Origin: an uncultured Bacteroidales bacterium
Lineage (GTDB): Bacteria; Bacteroidota; Bacteroidia; Bacteroidales; Paludibacteraceae
Direction: 5' to 3'
Assembly: GCA_937915765.1 (NCBI GenBank)
Contig: CALGHE010000133.1
Coordinates: 8,387 to 72,386, forward strand
DNA length: 64,000 nt
Shown here: in pieces, positions 1-9,200 of the stretch
How the letters are laid out: every line of letters starts with the position of its first letter
Numbering within the stretch: position 1 is the stretch's first letter
Program-made: the position numbers and the translations under genes
Notes under the pieces: generated by a model
Databases searched by the model: none
The model's input: only the letters and a program-made list of their open reading frames with translations
What the model was told of the DNA's origin: nothing

Positions 1-1
1 T

Positions 2-3000
2 AAGCTGGATGGACATACTAGAGGAACGATGTATTTCTTTGGTGTGGAAACTGAAGGTGAGGCGTATCTCAAGATGATGTCGTCTGCAAATTCATATCCG
101 TTTGAGGATAATTTGACAGGAAGCGTGCTTGTTGTAAAGCAAGCTTGTCAAGGAACTCAGCTCTATTCTGGCTTTGGACCTTTCGGAAATGTATCTTTCA
201 GCAAACTTACATCTTACGATTGCGGGCGTATTGCTTTGACTTCAAAATATTGGTGCCCTCCTTGCAAAAAACCTGATGCGAACGCTAATGGCGATTATTT
301 TAAAATTAAATCTTCGCAATCTGTAAAAGAAGATACGGTGCATTTGTGCAGAGAAAGTGAGGCTGTGACGTTTATGGTGTCGTTGCAGACAAGCGATGCT
401 GATGCTAAATTTGATGTTCTTTGGTTCGACGACGCAAAAATGGTTGACGAGTATGCGCTGAAAGAGGATTTGAATACTATGTTGTCGTCGTACAAAATCG
501 CATGGAAGGATATTCCGGAGGGAGCGACGAAGACTGTTTACGTGAAAGTGAGGGATAACGAAGACCCGAACTCTGCAGGCTGTTGGATATATGATAGTAT
601 AAAAATAAAGGCGAATAAAGTTCCTTTGGTTCCGGAGATTGAAGTGCTGCCGTTTTGTGAAGGTTCTTTGCAGGCTGCGGATATTGAAGGAATACAGAAT
701 AAATTCAAAACAGACACGCTTTCTGTTGCAGCATATTTGAACGGAGCGGAGTTTGACTGGTCAACTCTGAACTCATTGCCGGGTGGTGATGTCTCTTTGA
801 GACTTTTGCCACAAGATTTGCAGTCGGGTTGTGTTGGAGACTCTTCTGATTTCTTGTTTACGGTCAATGCTTTGCCTGACGCGCCTGAGGCTCCGGGGTT
901 GGATTTGCTGAAGGAGAACGCGTTTCAGTATATTGATGGAGCTGCAGTTGCTCTGAGCGGACATAAGGTGCTTTGGTATAAGGATGCTGTTGGTGGCATA
1001 GGCTCGGAAGAGGCTTTTGAACAAGACAGAAGCGTGGCTGATTCTTTCTTCTACTGGGCAAGTCAGATTAATGAAACTACTAAGTGTGAGAGCGAGCGCG
1101 TAAGGGTTGTTGTGACGGTGAACGATGCTCCAAAGCCGGAGGTGAGAGACTCCTCTGTCTGCAATGGAGATGAAATTGATGATTTGGCAAGTCTGGTGAC
1201 AAAGAAGTCTGATATTTATGAGCTTTACTGGTATGATTCTAAAACAGCGGAGAAGGGCAGCGGTTCAAAGGTGCCTCCTGTTTTTGACGGAACGAAATTG
1301 GGCAAGAACGTTTTTTATGTAAGTCAGAAAAATACGGAGACGGGGGCTGAGAGTGAAAAGCAGGAACTCGTTGTCTATGTGTATGATGTCAAGAAACCTT
1401 CTGTTGAAGATTTGAGGTATTGCGCAGATGAAGAGTCTCCCGAACTTGCCGCTGTCAGCGTGGTTGACGAGGAGAATTATTATTACGCAAATGGCTTTGT
1501 CTGGTATAGCGAGGGTATTCAGGAAAACTCTGTGCCGAAGGTCAGCACTAACGTAGGGCAGACTGAGGTTTTCAATTATTCGGTAGGGCAAAGCTTTACA
1601 ATGGACAATAAGCGAGTTTGCTACGGAGATACAGTGTCCTTCACCGTAACAGTTGCGAAAATGTTGCCTCCAACTGGTAATTTTGACGTTGATTATATAA
1701 AGAGCGAAGGGGCAGACAATGGAGGCGTTTTTGCAGATTTGCTTAAGCAGAACCCTGATGTGGCAAATCCGACTGAGTCCAATGTGCTTGTCTGGTATGA
1801 TGAGAATAAAAATATTATAGGAGATGGAACAAAGGCGCCTTGTCCGCCGTACAATGCGGATGTGCCAGTTGGTGTGGATGAGGTTTTCAGATATTATGTT
1901 TCTCAAAAGAACGAAGATGGCTGCGAAAGTGTTTTGAAAGAGGTTGTGGTGACAGTCAGCTCCACTCCTCGCCCGAAAGTGGAGCCTGTGTTCTACTGTG
2001 AAAATGCGGAGGCTAAACCTCTGGTGGCAAGTATAAATTTCGTAGAACCGTATGAAGAGTCGGACTATAAGTTGATCTGGTACAGTAAAAATCCGGCAGA
2101 AGGTGGTGCAGAGATTGTGGATGAGATTGTGCCTTCGACGGAGTTGAGCGACCCGAATTTGGTGGAGGAGACCAAATCCTACTATGTTGCGCAATACAAT
2201 GTTAATGATGAAGATAATGTGAGCGCTCCGAGCGAGATAAAGGTTACAGTGTATGCGAAGCCGCGTCTGAAAACTGACCGTCCGGCTCCGGTTTGCGAGG
2301 GAACAATAAATCTTGTTGAACAGTGGTACGTGAGCAACAAGGTCTTTATGAAGGTTGAGGCTGAGTATGTTGAAAATGGCGGCAATGAAGTGGTGAACGA
2401 AAAGGCTGTAGGCGAGTCTGGCGAATATTCTGTGAGAGGTTATTTCCCTGTGAACGATGAAGAGTGCTCGTCCGATTTTGAAAAGATTGTGGTGCAAATA
2501 GATACGCTTGACGGTGTGACTGTTGACGGTGTGGCGACCGCTTGCCCTAATTCTATTGTGGAATTGTCTGGCAAAACAGCGTATTCAACAAATAATGTTG
2601 ATTACTATTGGGCTGATGCGAACGGTGACACAATTAAATCTTTGACGTTTGTTTCGCCTGAATTGGGTAGCACGGTTGGCGAGGAATATCATTTTACAAT
2701 GTTGGCAAGGTCTGGTTCATGCATGGATTCTGTTGACCATAAGGTTGTTATTGGAGATGGCGCTGTTGACGGTGTGCTTGTTTTTAAAGAGGAGGGAAAT
2801 ACGGAATCTCCAAAAAGATTCACAGCAAGCAGCAATAGTATGAAGTTCTATAGTTGCGGGAATGAAGTTGAAGTTGATGCGTCTGAAGTTATAAATACAA
2901 ATGAAATTGATGGAGACGCTTTTAGATGGTATGACAGAAATGGCAAACTGATTGGGTCTGGCAAACAGATGGTGATGAATTTGCAGCGTGGCACTCATGC

Positions 3001-4879
3001 TTTCAGACTTAGCTATTCAAATAAGTGCAAAACGTCTATAGACTTCTCTTTTGTTTCTGACCCATTAAAGGTTGTGCAGAGCGATCAGCCTATGTCCATC
3101 TGCGAAGGTGACACATTTAAGTCTGAACTTGAAATTGTGTGTGATGCGGAGCCTGTTGTGGAATGGTATAAGAATGATGAAAAATTAGCCATTTCATCGA
3201 ATAAAATAGAGTTTGACAATGTGGACGAAACTGTTGGGGGAATTTATAGGTATAAGGTGTTTACTCGAGGTTGCGTTGTTGAAAGTCAGTTAGGAAACGA
3301 GCCTTTGACGGTTAGGCCTTATATTAAGTTTGCTGCAGAAAAAAATGAGTATGTGGCACGTTATGATAGTCTGTTGGCTATCAAATTGACTATGAAGGAA
3401 CCGGAGTCCTTGCCTGCTGAAATTGCGTGGATTGAAAATAATAAGACGATTTCGCGAAGTAAAGATATTTCGTTTAATGTAAGAAGAGACAGAAACTTGT
3501 ATGTTGAAATGTCGGATCCGGAGTATTGCAGTGCTTCAGAGTCTATAAGTGTTAAGGTTGATGCAAGGCTGGCCTTAAATACTGTAATTTTAGATTCGAA
3601 CAATGGAATTGCTAAAGACAAAATATGTTATGGAGATAACGCAGTTCTTGTTATTGACACGGCAGGTACGGGCAGATTCGTTTTTGCTGATAAGGTGCGG
3701 CTGAAGGTTACGGAACTTACGGATGTGGACTCTAAAATTTTGTATGACTGGCATTTGAAAGATGGAAAACTAAATTTGGCAATATCTCCAAAGTCTGATG
3801 CTGAGTATATAGTTGAATTTGTATATAGAGAGGGCGAAGGTGTTGACGAACAGAGGATTGTGAGGAGAGAAAAACTGACGGTGGCTCCGCCTGTGTTGAT
3901 TGATCTTCCAGTAGGGCTGAGGGCTTGCGAAGGTGATATAGTGGAAATATCGGCAATGAATGTGTCTCCTGCAGACGCAAAACTGAGCTGGAAGCCTGAT
4001 GCTTCGATAGTGAGCGGATTGACTAATTCAAAATCCATTAAGGTTGAGGCTGTTTATGAGAAGTCTGAGAGTCATTCTTTCACAAAAACTTATACTCTTG
4101 TTGCGTCCTATGCAGATTGTCAGGACCGTGAGTTTGTTGTTAACCTAAAGGTTGACGAAGCCCTGAAAGGAAGAATCGAAGGTGCGGACAGAATTTGCGA
4201 AGGGTCAATGGCTGAACTTGATGCATCTTCATTCGACGCGGTCAGGTATGTGTGGTATTCAGAATCATTTGAGGGAGAAAAACAGTCTGCAAAGATTTCG
4301 ATTTCGTCAGAATATGATACTTATTATCAATTGTTTATGGAAAGAGGCCTCTGTTCTATGGTTTTAGACCATTTTGTGGAGGTTACAACTGTCCCTCATA
4401 TAGAAAAGGTTGATTCTGTTAATTATCAGGATGTTGAGGTTGTTCTAGCATCATCGTTAGGAACGCCTCCGTTCAGTATTTGGATAGATGATAAGCAGCA
4501 GGTTGGTCAGAACCCGTTGAAAGAGAAGGTTGGATATGGCAAACATACAGCATATGTGGTTGATGATGTGGGCTGTTCTGATAAATATGAGTTTGAAGTA
4601 AAGGCTCCTGCTCTTAGTATTCCTGTGGCAGTCTCTCCTAATGGCGACGGAATAAACGAAACATTTGAAATTCCGGCAATTTCAGAGGCTTATCCTGATG
4701 CTAAAATAAAGATTTATGACAGATTCGGAAAGAAACTTGCTGAATATAGGGGTGATGCTGGAGCTTGGGACGGAACGTACAATGGTATGCCGATGCCGTC
4801 AACCGACTATTGGTATGAAATAGAGATAAAGGAGCTCTCTAAAACTTATACGGGACATTTCACGCTGATTAGACAGTAG
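2..4879 (+). CDS. Giant cell-surface adhesin-like protein, 5'-truncated by the window edge; Ig-like repeat modules plus T9SS type B (gliding-motility-associated, CHU_C-like) C-terminal sorting domain
   Basis: The frame is open from nt 2, with no stop before the first in-window ATG at 29. The sequence is collinear with aa ~835-2431 of the downstream paralog (SKLTSYDCGRIALTSKYWCPPCKKPDANANG vs GKLTDYDCGRIMLTAQYGCPPCNKPDLNANG). The C-terminus SPNGDGINETF..WDGTYNG..YWYEIEI..GHFTLIRQ fits the type B sorting-domain pattern. Confidence 0.85.
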   Translation, partial: KLDGHTRGTMYFFGVETEGEAYLKMMSSANSYPFEDNLTGSVLVVKQACQGTQLYSGFGPFGNVSFSKLTSYDCGRIALTSKYWCPPCKKPDANANGDYFKIKSSQSVKEDTVHLCRESEAVTFMVSLQTSDADAKFDVLWFDDAKMVDEYALKEDLNTMLSSYKIAWKDIPEGATKTVYVKVRDNEDPNSAGCWIYDSIKIKANKVPLVPEIEVLPFCEGSLQAADIEGIQNKFKTDTLSVAAYLNGAEFDWSTLNSLPGGDVSLRLLPQDLQSGCVGDSSDFLFTVNALPDAPEAPGLDLLKENAFQYIDGAAVALSGHKVLWYKDAVGGIGSEEAFEQDRSVADSFFYWASQINETTKCESERVRVVVTVNDAPKPEVRDSSVCNGDEIDDLASLVTKKSDIYELYWYDSKTAEKGSGSKVPPVFDGTKLGKNVFYVSQKNTETGAESEKQELVVYVYDVKKPSVEDLRYCADEESPELAAVSVVDEENYYYANGFVWYSEGIQENSVPKVSTNVGQTEVFNYSVGQSFTMDNKRVCYGDTVSFTVTVAKMLPPTGNFDVDYIKSEGADNGGVFADLLKQNPDVANPTESNVLVWYDENKNIIGDGTKAPCPPYNADVPVGVDEVFRYYVSQKNEDGCESVLKEVVVTVSSTPRPKVEPVFYCENAEAKPLVASINFVEPYEESDYKLIWYSKNPAEGGAEIVDEIVPSTELSDPNLVEETKSYYVAQYNVNDEDNVSAPSEIKVTVYAKPRLKTDRPAPVCEGTINLVEQWYVSNKVFMKVEAEYVENGGNEVVNEKAVGESGEYSVRGYFPVNDEECSSDFEKIVVQIDTLDGVTVDGVATACPNSIVELSGKTAYSTNNVDYYWADANGDTIKSLTFVSPELGSTVGEEYHFTMLARSGSCMDSVDHKVVIGDGAVDGVLVFKEEGNTESPKRFTASSNSMKFYSCGNEVEVDASEVINTNEIDGDAFRWYDRNGKLIGSGKQMVMNLQRGTHAFRLSYSNKCKTSIDFSFVSDPLKVVQSDQPMSICEGDTFKSELEIVCDAEPVVEWYKNDEKLAISSNKIEFDNVDETVGGIYRYKVFTRGCVVESQLGNEPLTVRPYIKFAAEKNEYVARYDSLLAIKLTMKEPESLPAEIAWIENNKTISRSKDISFNVRRDRNLYVEMSDPEYCSASESISVKVDARLALNTVILDSNNGIAKDKICYGDNAVLVIDTAGTGRFVFADKVRLKVTELTDVDSKILYDWHLKDGKLNLAISPKSDAEYIVEFVYREGEGVDEQRIVRREKLTVAPPVLIDLPVGLRACEGDIVEISAMNVSPADAKLSWKPDASIVSGLTNSKSIKVEAVYEKSESHSFTKTYTLVASYADCQDREFVVNLKVDEALKGRIEGADRICEGSMAELDASSFDAVRYVWYSESFEGEKQSAKISISSEYDTYYQLFMERGLCSMVLDHFVEVTTVPHIEKVDSVNYQDVEVVLASSLGTPPFSIWIDDKQQVGQNPLKEKVGYGKHTAYVVDDVGCSDKYEFEVKAPALSIPVAVSPNGDGINETFEIPAISEAYPDAKIKIYDRFGKKLAEYRGDAGAWDGTYNGMPMPSTDYWYEIEIKELSKTYTGHFTLIRQ

Positions 4880-4895
4880 GAACTTTATAAAAAAA

Positions 4896-4929
4896 GGGCG
4901 TAGAGATAAATCTGCGTCCTTAATTTTTG
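4896..4929 (+). terminator. Rho-independent terminator candidate after adhesin paralog 1
   Basis: The stem is gggcgtag (4896-4903) / ctgcgtcc (4912-4919), 8 bp including 2 G-U wobbles. It has an 8-nt loop and is followed by ttaattttt. Confidence 0.5.
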
Positions 4930-4970
4930 TTAAAAAAAGGATATGTTTGTGCTGAAGCCGCAAATATTTA

Positions 4971-4978
4971 TATCTTTG
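4971..4978 (+). promoter_or_regulatory. Bacteroidota -7 box (TAnnTTTG) candidate promoter for the Rpn-like gene
   Basis: TATCTTTG lies 24 nt upstream of the ATG at 5002. A TTTG (-33-like) sits at 4946-4949, 21 nt upstream of the box. Confidence 0.5.
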
Positions 4979-5001
4979 CAAGACTAAAAATTCTACTTAT
5001 T

Positions 5002-6024
5002 ATGGCAACAATAATAGCAAACCCCATATACGACTCGGTGTTCAAGTTTCTGATGTCCGACCACCGCGCGGCGTGCGTCATACTGTCCGACATGCTCCAG
5101 CGCGAGGTTGTCGAGGTCACGATGCGCAACAACGACTACGTCAAGAAGCTGAACAGCGACATCACTGTTCTCCGCATAGACTTCGGCGCGAAGGTCCGCG
5201 AGTCGGACGGCACAGTGGAGAACGTGAACATCGAGCTTCAGAAGGCGTGGCTCACGACCGAGGTCATGCGCTTCCGCAAGTACCTTGCCCAGCAGTACCA
5301 GAGCGAGGACAACCGTTTCATCATCCAGGACCGTCCGCTCCGAGACAAGCCGCTGCACATGGTGAACATCTATCTGCTTGGACATAACGTCGAAGGGCTT
5401 GACCAGCCTGTCACGTACGTCTATCCGCGCATGTTCGACCAGCACGGCGAGGCGATAGGCCGCGCCGTTCGCGACGTGGACTTCGTCAACGAGCTTGTGC
5501 ACGACATGATCATCGTCCAGATTCCCAAGCTGACAAAGATGTCCGTCAGGACCCGCCTAGACAAGCTCCTGACCCTGTTCGACCAGGCCCAGACCCACGG
5601 CAGCACCCACGAGCTCAGCGTTGACGAGAGCTCCTACGTCGGCGACCACCGCTACGTGCTCAACCGTCTTGTCTATGCCAAGTCCGACGAGAGCGTCTGC
5701 AAGGACATGGACCTGGAGGACGAGTTCCAGACCGTCCTTGAGCGCTGGGAGCAGACGGAAACGGAGCTGAAGAGCAGGATTGCGGACAAGGACAAGCAGC
5801 TTGCAAGCCAGCAAAGTCAGCTGGCGAGTCAGGAAAAAGAGCTGGAGACAAAGGATAGGCAGCTTGCAAGCCAGCAAAGTCAACTTGCTGACAAAGACAA
5901 GCAGCTTGCCGACCAGCAAGAGCAGCTAGCCGCCTCCATCCGCCTTCTGAAGTCACTGAACTTGCCAGACGAAGAGATAGCAGCAAAGCTCGGCATTTCG
6001 CCGTCCGAAGTTAAACGATACTAA
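5002..6024 (+). CDS. Rpn-family / PD-(D/E)XK nuclease family transposase-like protein (PDDEXK_2, TIGR01784-like) with C-terminal coiled-coil repeats
   Basis: The N-terminus MATIIANPIYDSVFKFLM.. is typical of this family, as recalled from memory. I prefer the internal ATG at 5002 over the ORF-track start at 4927 because the -7 box lies inside the extension. The C-terminus has QLASQQSQLA / DKDKQLA heptad-like repeats and ends with an HTH-like LGISPSEVKRY. The CDS is much GC-richer than its neighbours. Confidence 0.75.
   Translation: MATIIANPIYDSVFKFLMSDHRAACVILSDMLQREVVEVTMRNNDYVKKLNSDITVLRIDFGAKVRESDGTVENVNIELQKAWLTTEVMRFRKYLAQQYQSEDNRFIIQDRPLRDKPLHMVNIYLLGHNVEGLDQPVTYVYPRMFDQHGEAIGRAVRDVDFVNELVHDMIIVQIPKLTKMSVRTRLDKLLTLFDQAQTHGSTHELSVDESSYVGDHRYVLNRLVYAKSDESVCKDMDLEDEFQTVLERWEQTETELKSRIADKDKQLASQQSQLASQEKELETKDRQLASQQSQLADKDKQLADQQEQLAASIRLLKSLNLPDEEIAAKLGISPSEVKRY
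5797..5882 (+). repeat. In-frame direct repeat inside the Rpn-like CDS (coiled-coil region)
   Basis: A perfect 23-bp repeat cagcttgcaagccagcaaagtca occurs at 5797-5819 and 5860-5882, a 63-bp (21-codon) period. It is flanked by the related gacaa(g/a)gacaagcagcttgc units. Confidence 0.9.
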
Positions 6025-6048
6025 AAAAGAATGAAAATATTTCATCCC

Positions 6049-6084
6049 AAGCGTACTCTGGAATAAAAAAGAGTGCGCTTTTTC
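6049..6084 (+). terminator. Rho-independent terminator candidate after the Rpn-like gene
   Basis: The stem is aagcgtactct (6049-6059) / agagtgcgctt (6070-6080), 11 bp with one G-U. It is followed by a T run. Confidence 0.65.
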
Positions 6085-6169
6085 TATTCAAAACCATTTG
6101 TTTGAATAAAAAAACAACAAGTTTTAGCCGAAACTTAGATAATTTATTTGTATAAATCAAATTGATTTG

Positions 6170-6177
6170 TAAATTTG
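6170..6177 (+). promoter_or_regulatory. Bacteroidota -7 box (TAnnTTTG) candidate promoter for adhesin paralog 2
   Basis: TAAATTTG lies 75 nt upstream of the ATG at 6252. Confidence 0.45.
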
Positions 6178-6203
6178 CAGACTGCAGATTGTATGTCTGC
6201 AAA
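6174..6203. promoter_or_regulatory. Perfect 9-bp inverted repeat overlapping the -7 box (possible operator or 5' stem-loop)
   Basis: tttgcagac (6174-6182) and gtctgcaaa (6195-6203) are separated by 12 nt. The left arm overlaps the TTTG of the promoter box. Confidence 0.4.
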
Positions 6204-6251
6204 TATTATGGTATATAAATTATAGGGCTATTGATTAGAAATTAATTTATT

Positions 6252-9200
6252 ATGAAAAAAAGATTTTATATTTTATGGCTTTTATTGCTGAGTATAGCTA
6301 TAGAGGCCTATCCACAGAGCAAAACAATATCTGGTGGAAATGACCACGGTTTGATTATTTGCGCTCAAGGTTATCTTTATACATGGGGTAACAATTTCAG
6401 CGATGTAATTGGGGGGCCATTGTTAGGTATAGACCCTGATGTGCCTGGCAATACTCCAGATGCGAAAGTCGTTTATTCTCCTCAGCGAGTAAAGACAGGA
6501 AATCTTACGTTCAGCATGGTAACTTCAGGGTCTGGTGCATTTAACCTTGCTCTTTCATGTCATAACGTGGTTTATGCATGGGGAGAAGATAGCCAGCATG
6601 GTTGCGGACAGGGAGCGAATACAGCGAGTGCTGTTGTGAAATATCCGGTGCCTGTATTAAAAGGTGAGACTCCTGGTTACACAGAAGATGGGCAGCCTGG
6701 CGGTGATTATTTAGGTGGTGTTACTTATATTGCAGCTTCTACTAATTCAGGATTTGCTATTATGGACGATGGAAGAGTTGTAGGTTGGGGTAATGGTTCT
6801 TGGAATCCAAATACAGGTGCTGCAGCTGCTGTTCCTGCCTACATAAAGGATAAGGCTGGTAATGATTTGCAAAATATCACTCACATTTCTGGTGGTGACG
6901 ACAACTGTTTGTTGCGTGATGCAGATGGTAATTTGTACGGAATTGGACCTTGGAATGGGTCTGGTAGAAATGTTACAACTACATATGCAGTGCCTGTTGT
7001 TATGGAGGAAACCGGAGAGCCTTTGAAGGATATTAGAATGTCTGCAGCAGGTGACGTTTGTGGTTTTGCAGTTACAGGAGATGGTTATGTTTGGTCTTGG
7101 GGTAATGGAGGTTGGGGAGGCTCAACTGGACAGTCAAAGACCGGTTTGAACCATTATGGTGCTTTGAGGGTTTGTTCTGGTGAATATGAAACAATTTCAG
7201 GTGAAGAGTATTTGACAGATGTAAAAGAGGTGATTGGTGGTCGTGGACATGGTGCTGCTGTGACAAAAGAGGGTTATTTGGTGTATTGGGGCTGTAACGA
7301 CGATAATGGTGGTGTTGCTCCTGCGACTAACATCCCTGCAGATTATAAAGTGTCACAAGGTGTGAAACCTATATTGGCTCGATATTGTGATGCGTCAGGT
7401 AAACCAGGTGAGCTTGTGAAGGATGCGGTGAGCATCTCTCGTGGAGATAACTTTGATTTCATGGTTAATGATAAGGATGAATTTTATGTTTGGGGATTGA
7501 ATGACCTTGGTCAAACTGGAACTGGAGATAAGTCTGTGGAAACTTACAACTGTTTGATTAAGTTGGAAACCATCCCTTGTGAAATTCAAGATGGATGCCC
7601 TGAGGTCTTTATGATAGATAGATTGAAATGTCCTGGTGAAATGATAGAACTGGATTGCGGATTTGTTATTCCAAAAGGTAAAGAGGATCGTTACTATGTA
7701 CAGTGGTTCTTAAATGATGAATTGCTTAATACATCTAAGTTGGTATTGTCAAATCAAGGAACTCCGGCTTATGACAAATCGTATGATAGCGACCCTTATA
7801 ACAAAGCTGCGATAGAAATTACAGAACCGGGACGTTATAAGGTTATCGTTTATTATGTAGGTGTAAATATTCCTTGTGATGCTTGTGATCCAGATTCTAT
7901 TGAAATAGAGGTTACTGATATGAATATGCCGATTGACACAATTGTAACTACAATGAATTGTGTGGCAGAACCATTGAAGCCAACTTCAAGTGATAATATT
8001 TGTTTTGAGGCTGTTGTGAATGACAAATTCTATAACTCAAAGCAAAATGTGACTTTCGCAGCGTTTTCTACTGTTGATTCGAAAGATACATTGGAAATTA
8101 TTGAAACTACAGGAGGTGGAGGTGAAATCAGTTTTTGCGTAACTGGTGATAAGATTGCAGCTTCGGAAGTGCATGATAATTCTGGAGACATTAGCAAAGA
8201 TACAACTTATACCGTATGGTTGGAAGATTTGACTTCTTTTGAAACGTATTTGTTTAAAAATCAGAAAGCTGTAGATGCTGGTTCGTTCCAGAGTTATGGT
8301 ATCCTTTTGGATTTGTATTCTGATTCTGATTTGAAGTCTTTTGACATATTTGCGAAGGGGTATTCTGGAACTTCAGAAATTTCTGCTACTCCTGTTATTT
8401 ATACAGTGGCAAAAGATGATAACGGGAAGTATTACCCAGATAAAGTTTTTTGGACAGGAAAGGCTCAGACTTTTGAAATAACTTCTGACGGACCAAATCA
8501 GTTGACTGTTGAGTGTGGCGTTCGTTTGACCGGTATTGCTCGAGGAACTCGTTATATTTTGGGTATGAATTTCAAAGGTAATTGCAACATTTATACTTAT
8601 GATACACCTGCAAGTAAACAGAATATGCCAGATTTTGTTACTCCGGTAGAAGATTCGGAGGGGTTTGGTATTTTTGCAATGGGTGCTACAGCTAACAGCT
8701 ATACGATTCAGGCCAATGGAGCAGATAAGTCTTGCTATACTAATATCACATTTGGAAAACTTACTGACTACGACTGCGGACGTATCATGCTTACTGCTCA
8801 GTACGGTTGTCCTCCATGTAACAAGCCAGACTTGAATGCAAACGGCAAGTATGTGGAAATTGTTCCGTCTGTAGAAAAGAGCGCAGATGATGAGATGGTG
8901 CATCTTTGCAAAGGTTCGTCTGTGGAGCTTGCTGTGAGCGATGTTAAAAACACAACAAAAACTGATGCGGCTTTTGACATATTGTGGTTCGAGAATGAAG
9001 CTGATTTCGCAGATGACGACAAGGCTATCAAGTCTGATGTTACTGGTAAAGCAACTGAGTCTGCTATAACTGTGGCTTGGGAGGATTTGACTCCGGGCGA
9101 AAAGAAAACTTACTACGTGAAGGTGCGTGACCACGAGAAGTCTGATGCGGCTGCATGTTATGTGTTTGACTCTGTTGTGGTGATGCCGGACACAGTGCCT

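Noticed and set aside
1265-2497. A 410-aa minus-strand ORF inside adhesin paralog 1. Similar long antisense ORFs occur at 8373-9389, 10146-11057, 12681-13214, 23579-24046, 25274-25885, 29003-29539, 43175-44332, 44351-44923, 52353-53183 and 54672-55334.
   Set aside because: All of them lie entirely inside, and antisense to, long ORFs that have clear domain content. Their translations are rich in Ile/Arg/His/Leu/Asn/Phe, with no signal peptides or motifs. That is the expected shadow of a long, stop-poor coding frame.
4993-5986. Four overlapping ORFs (4993-5502 minus, 5073-5387 plus, 5557-5919 minus, 5660-5986 minus) in the Rpn-like gene region.
   Set aside because: The high GC3 of the Rpn-like CDS removes stop codons in the other frames. 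The translations are Arg/Ala/Pro/Leu-rich low-complexity sequence. Only the 5002-6024 frame has family-like features plus a promoter and terminator.
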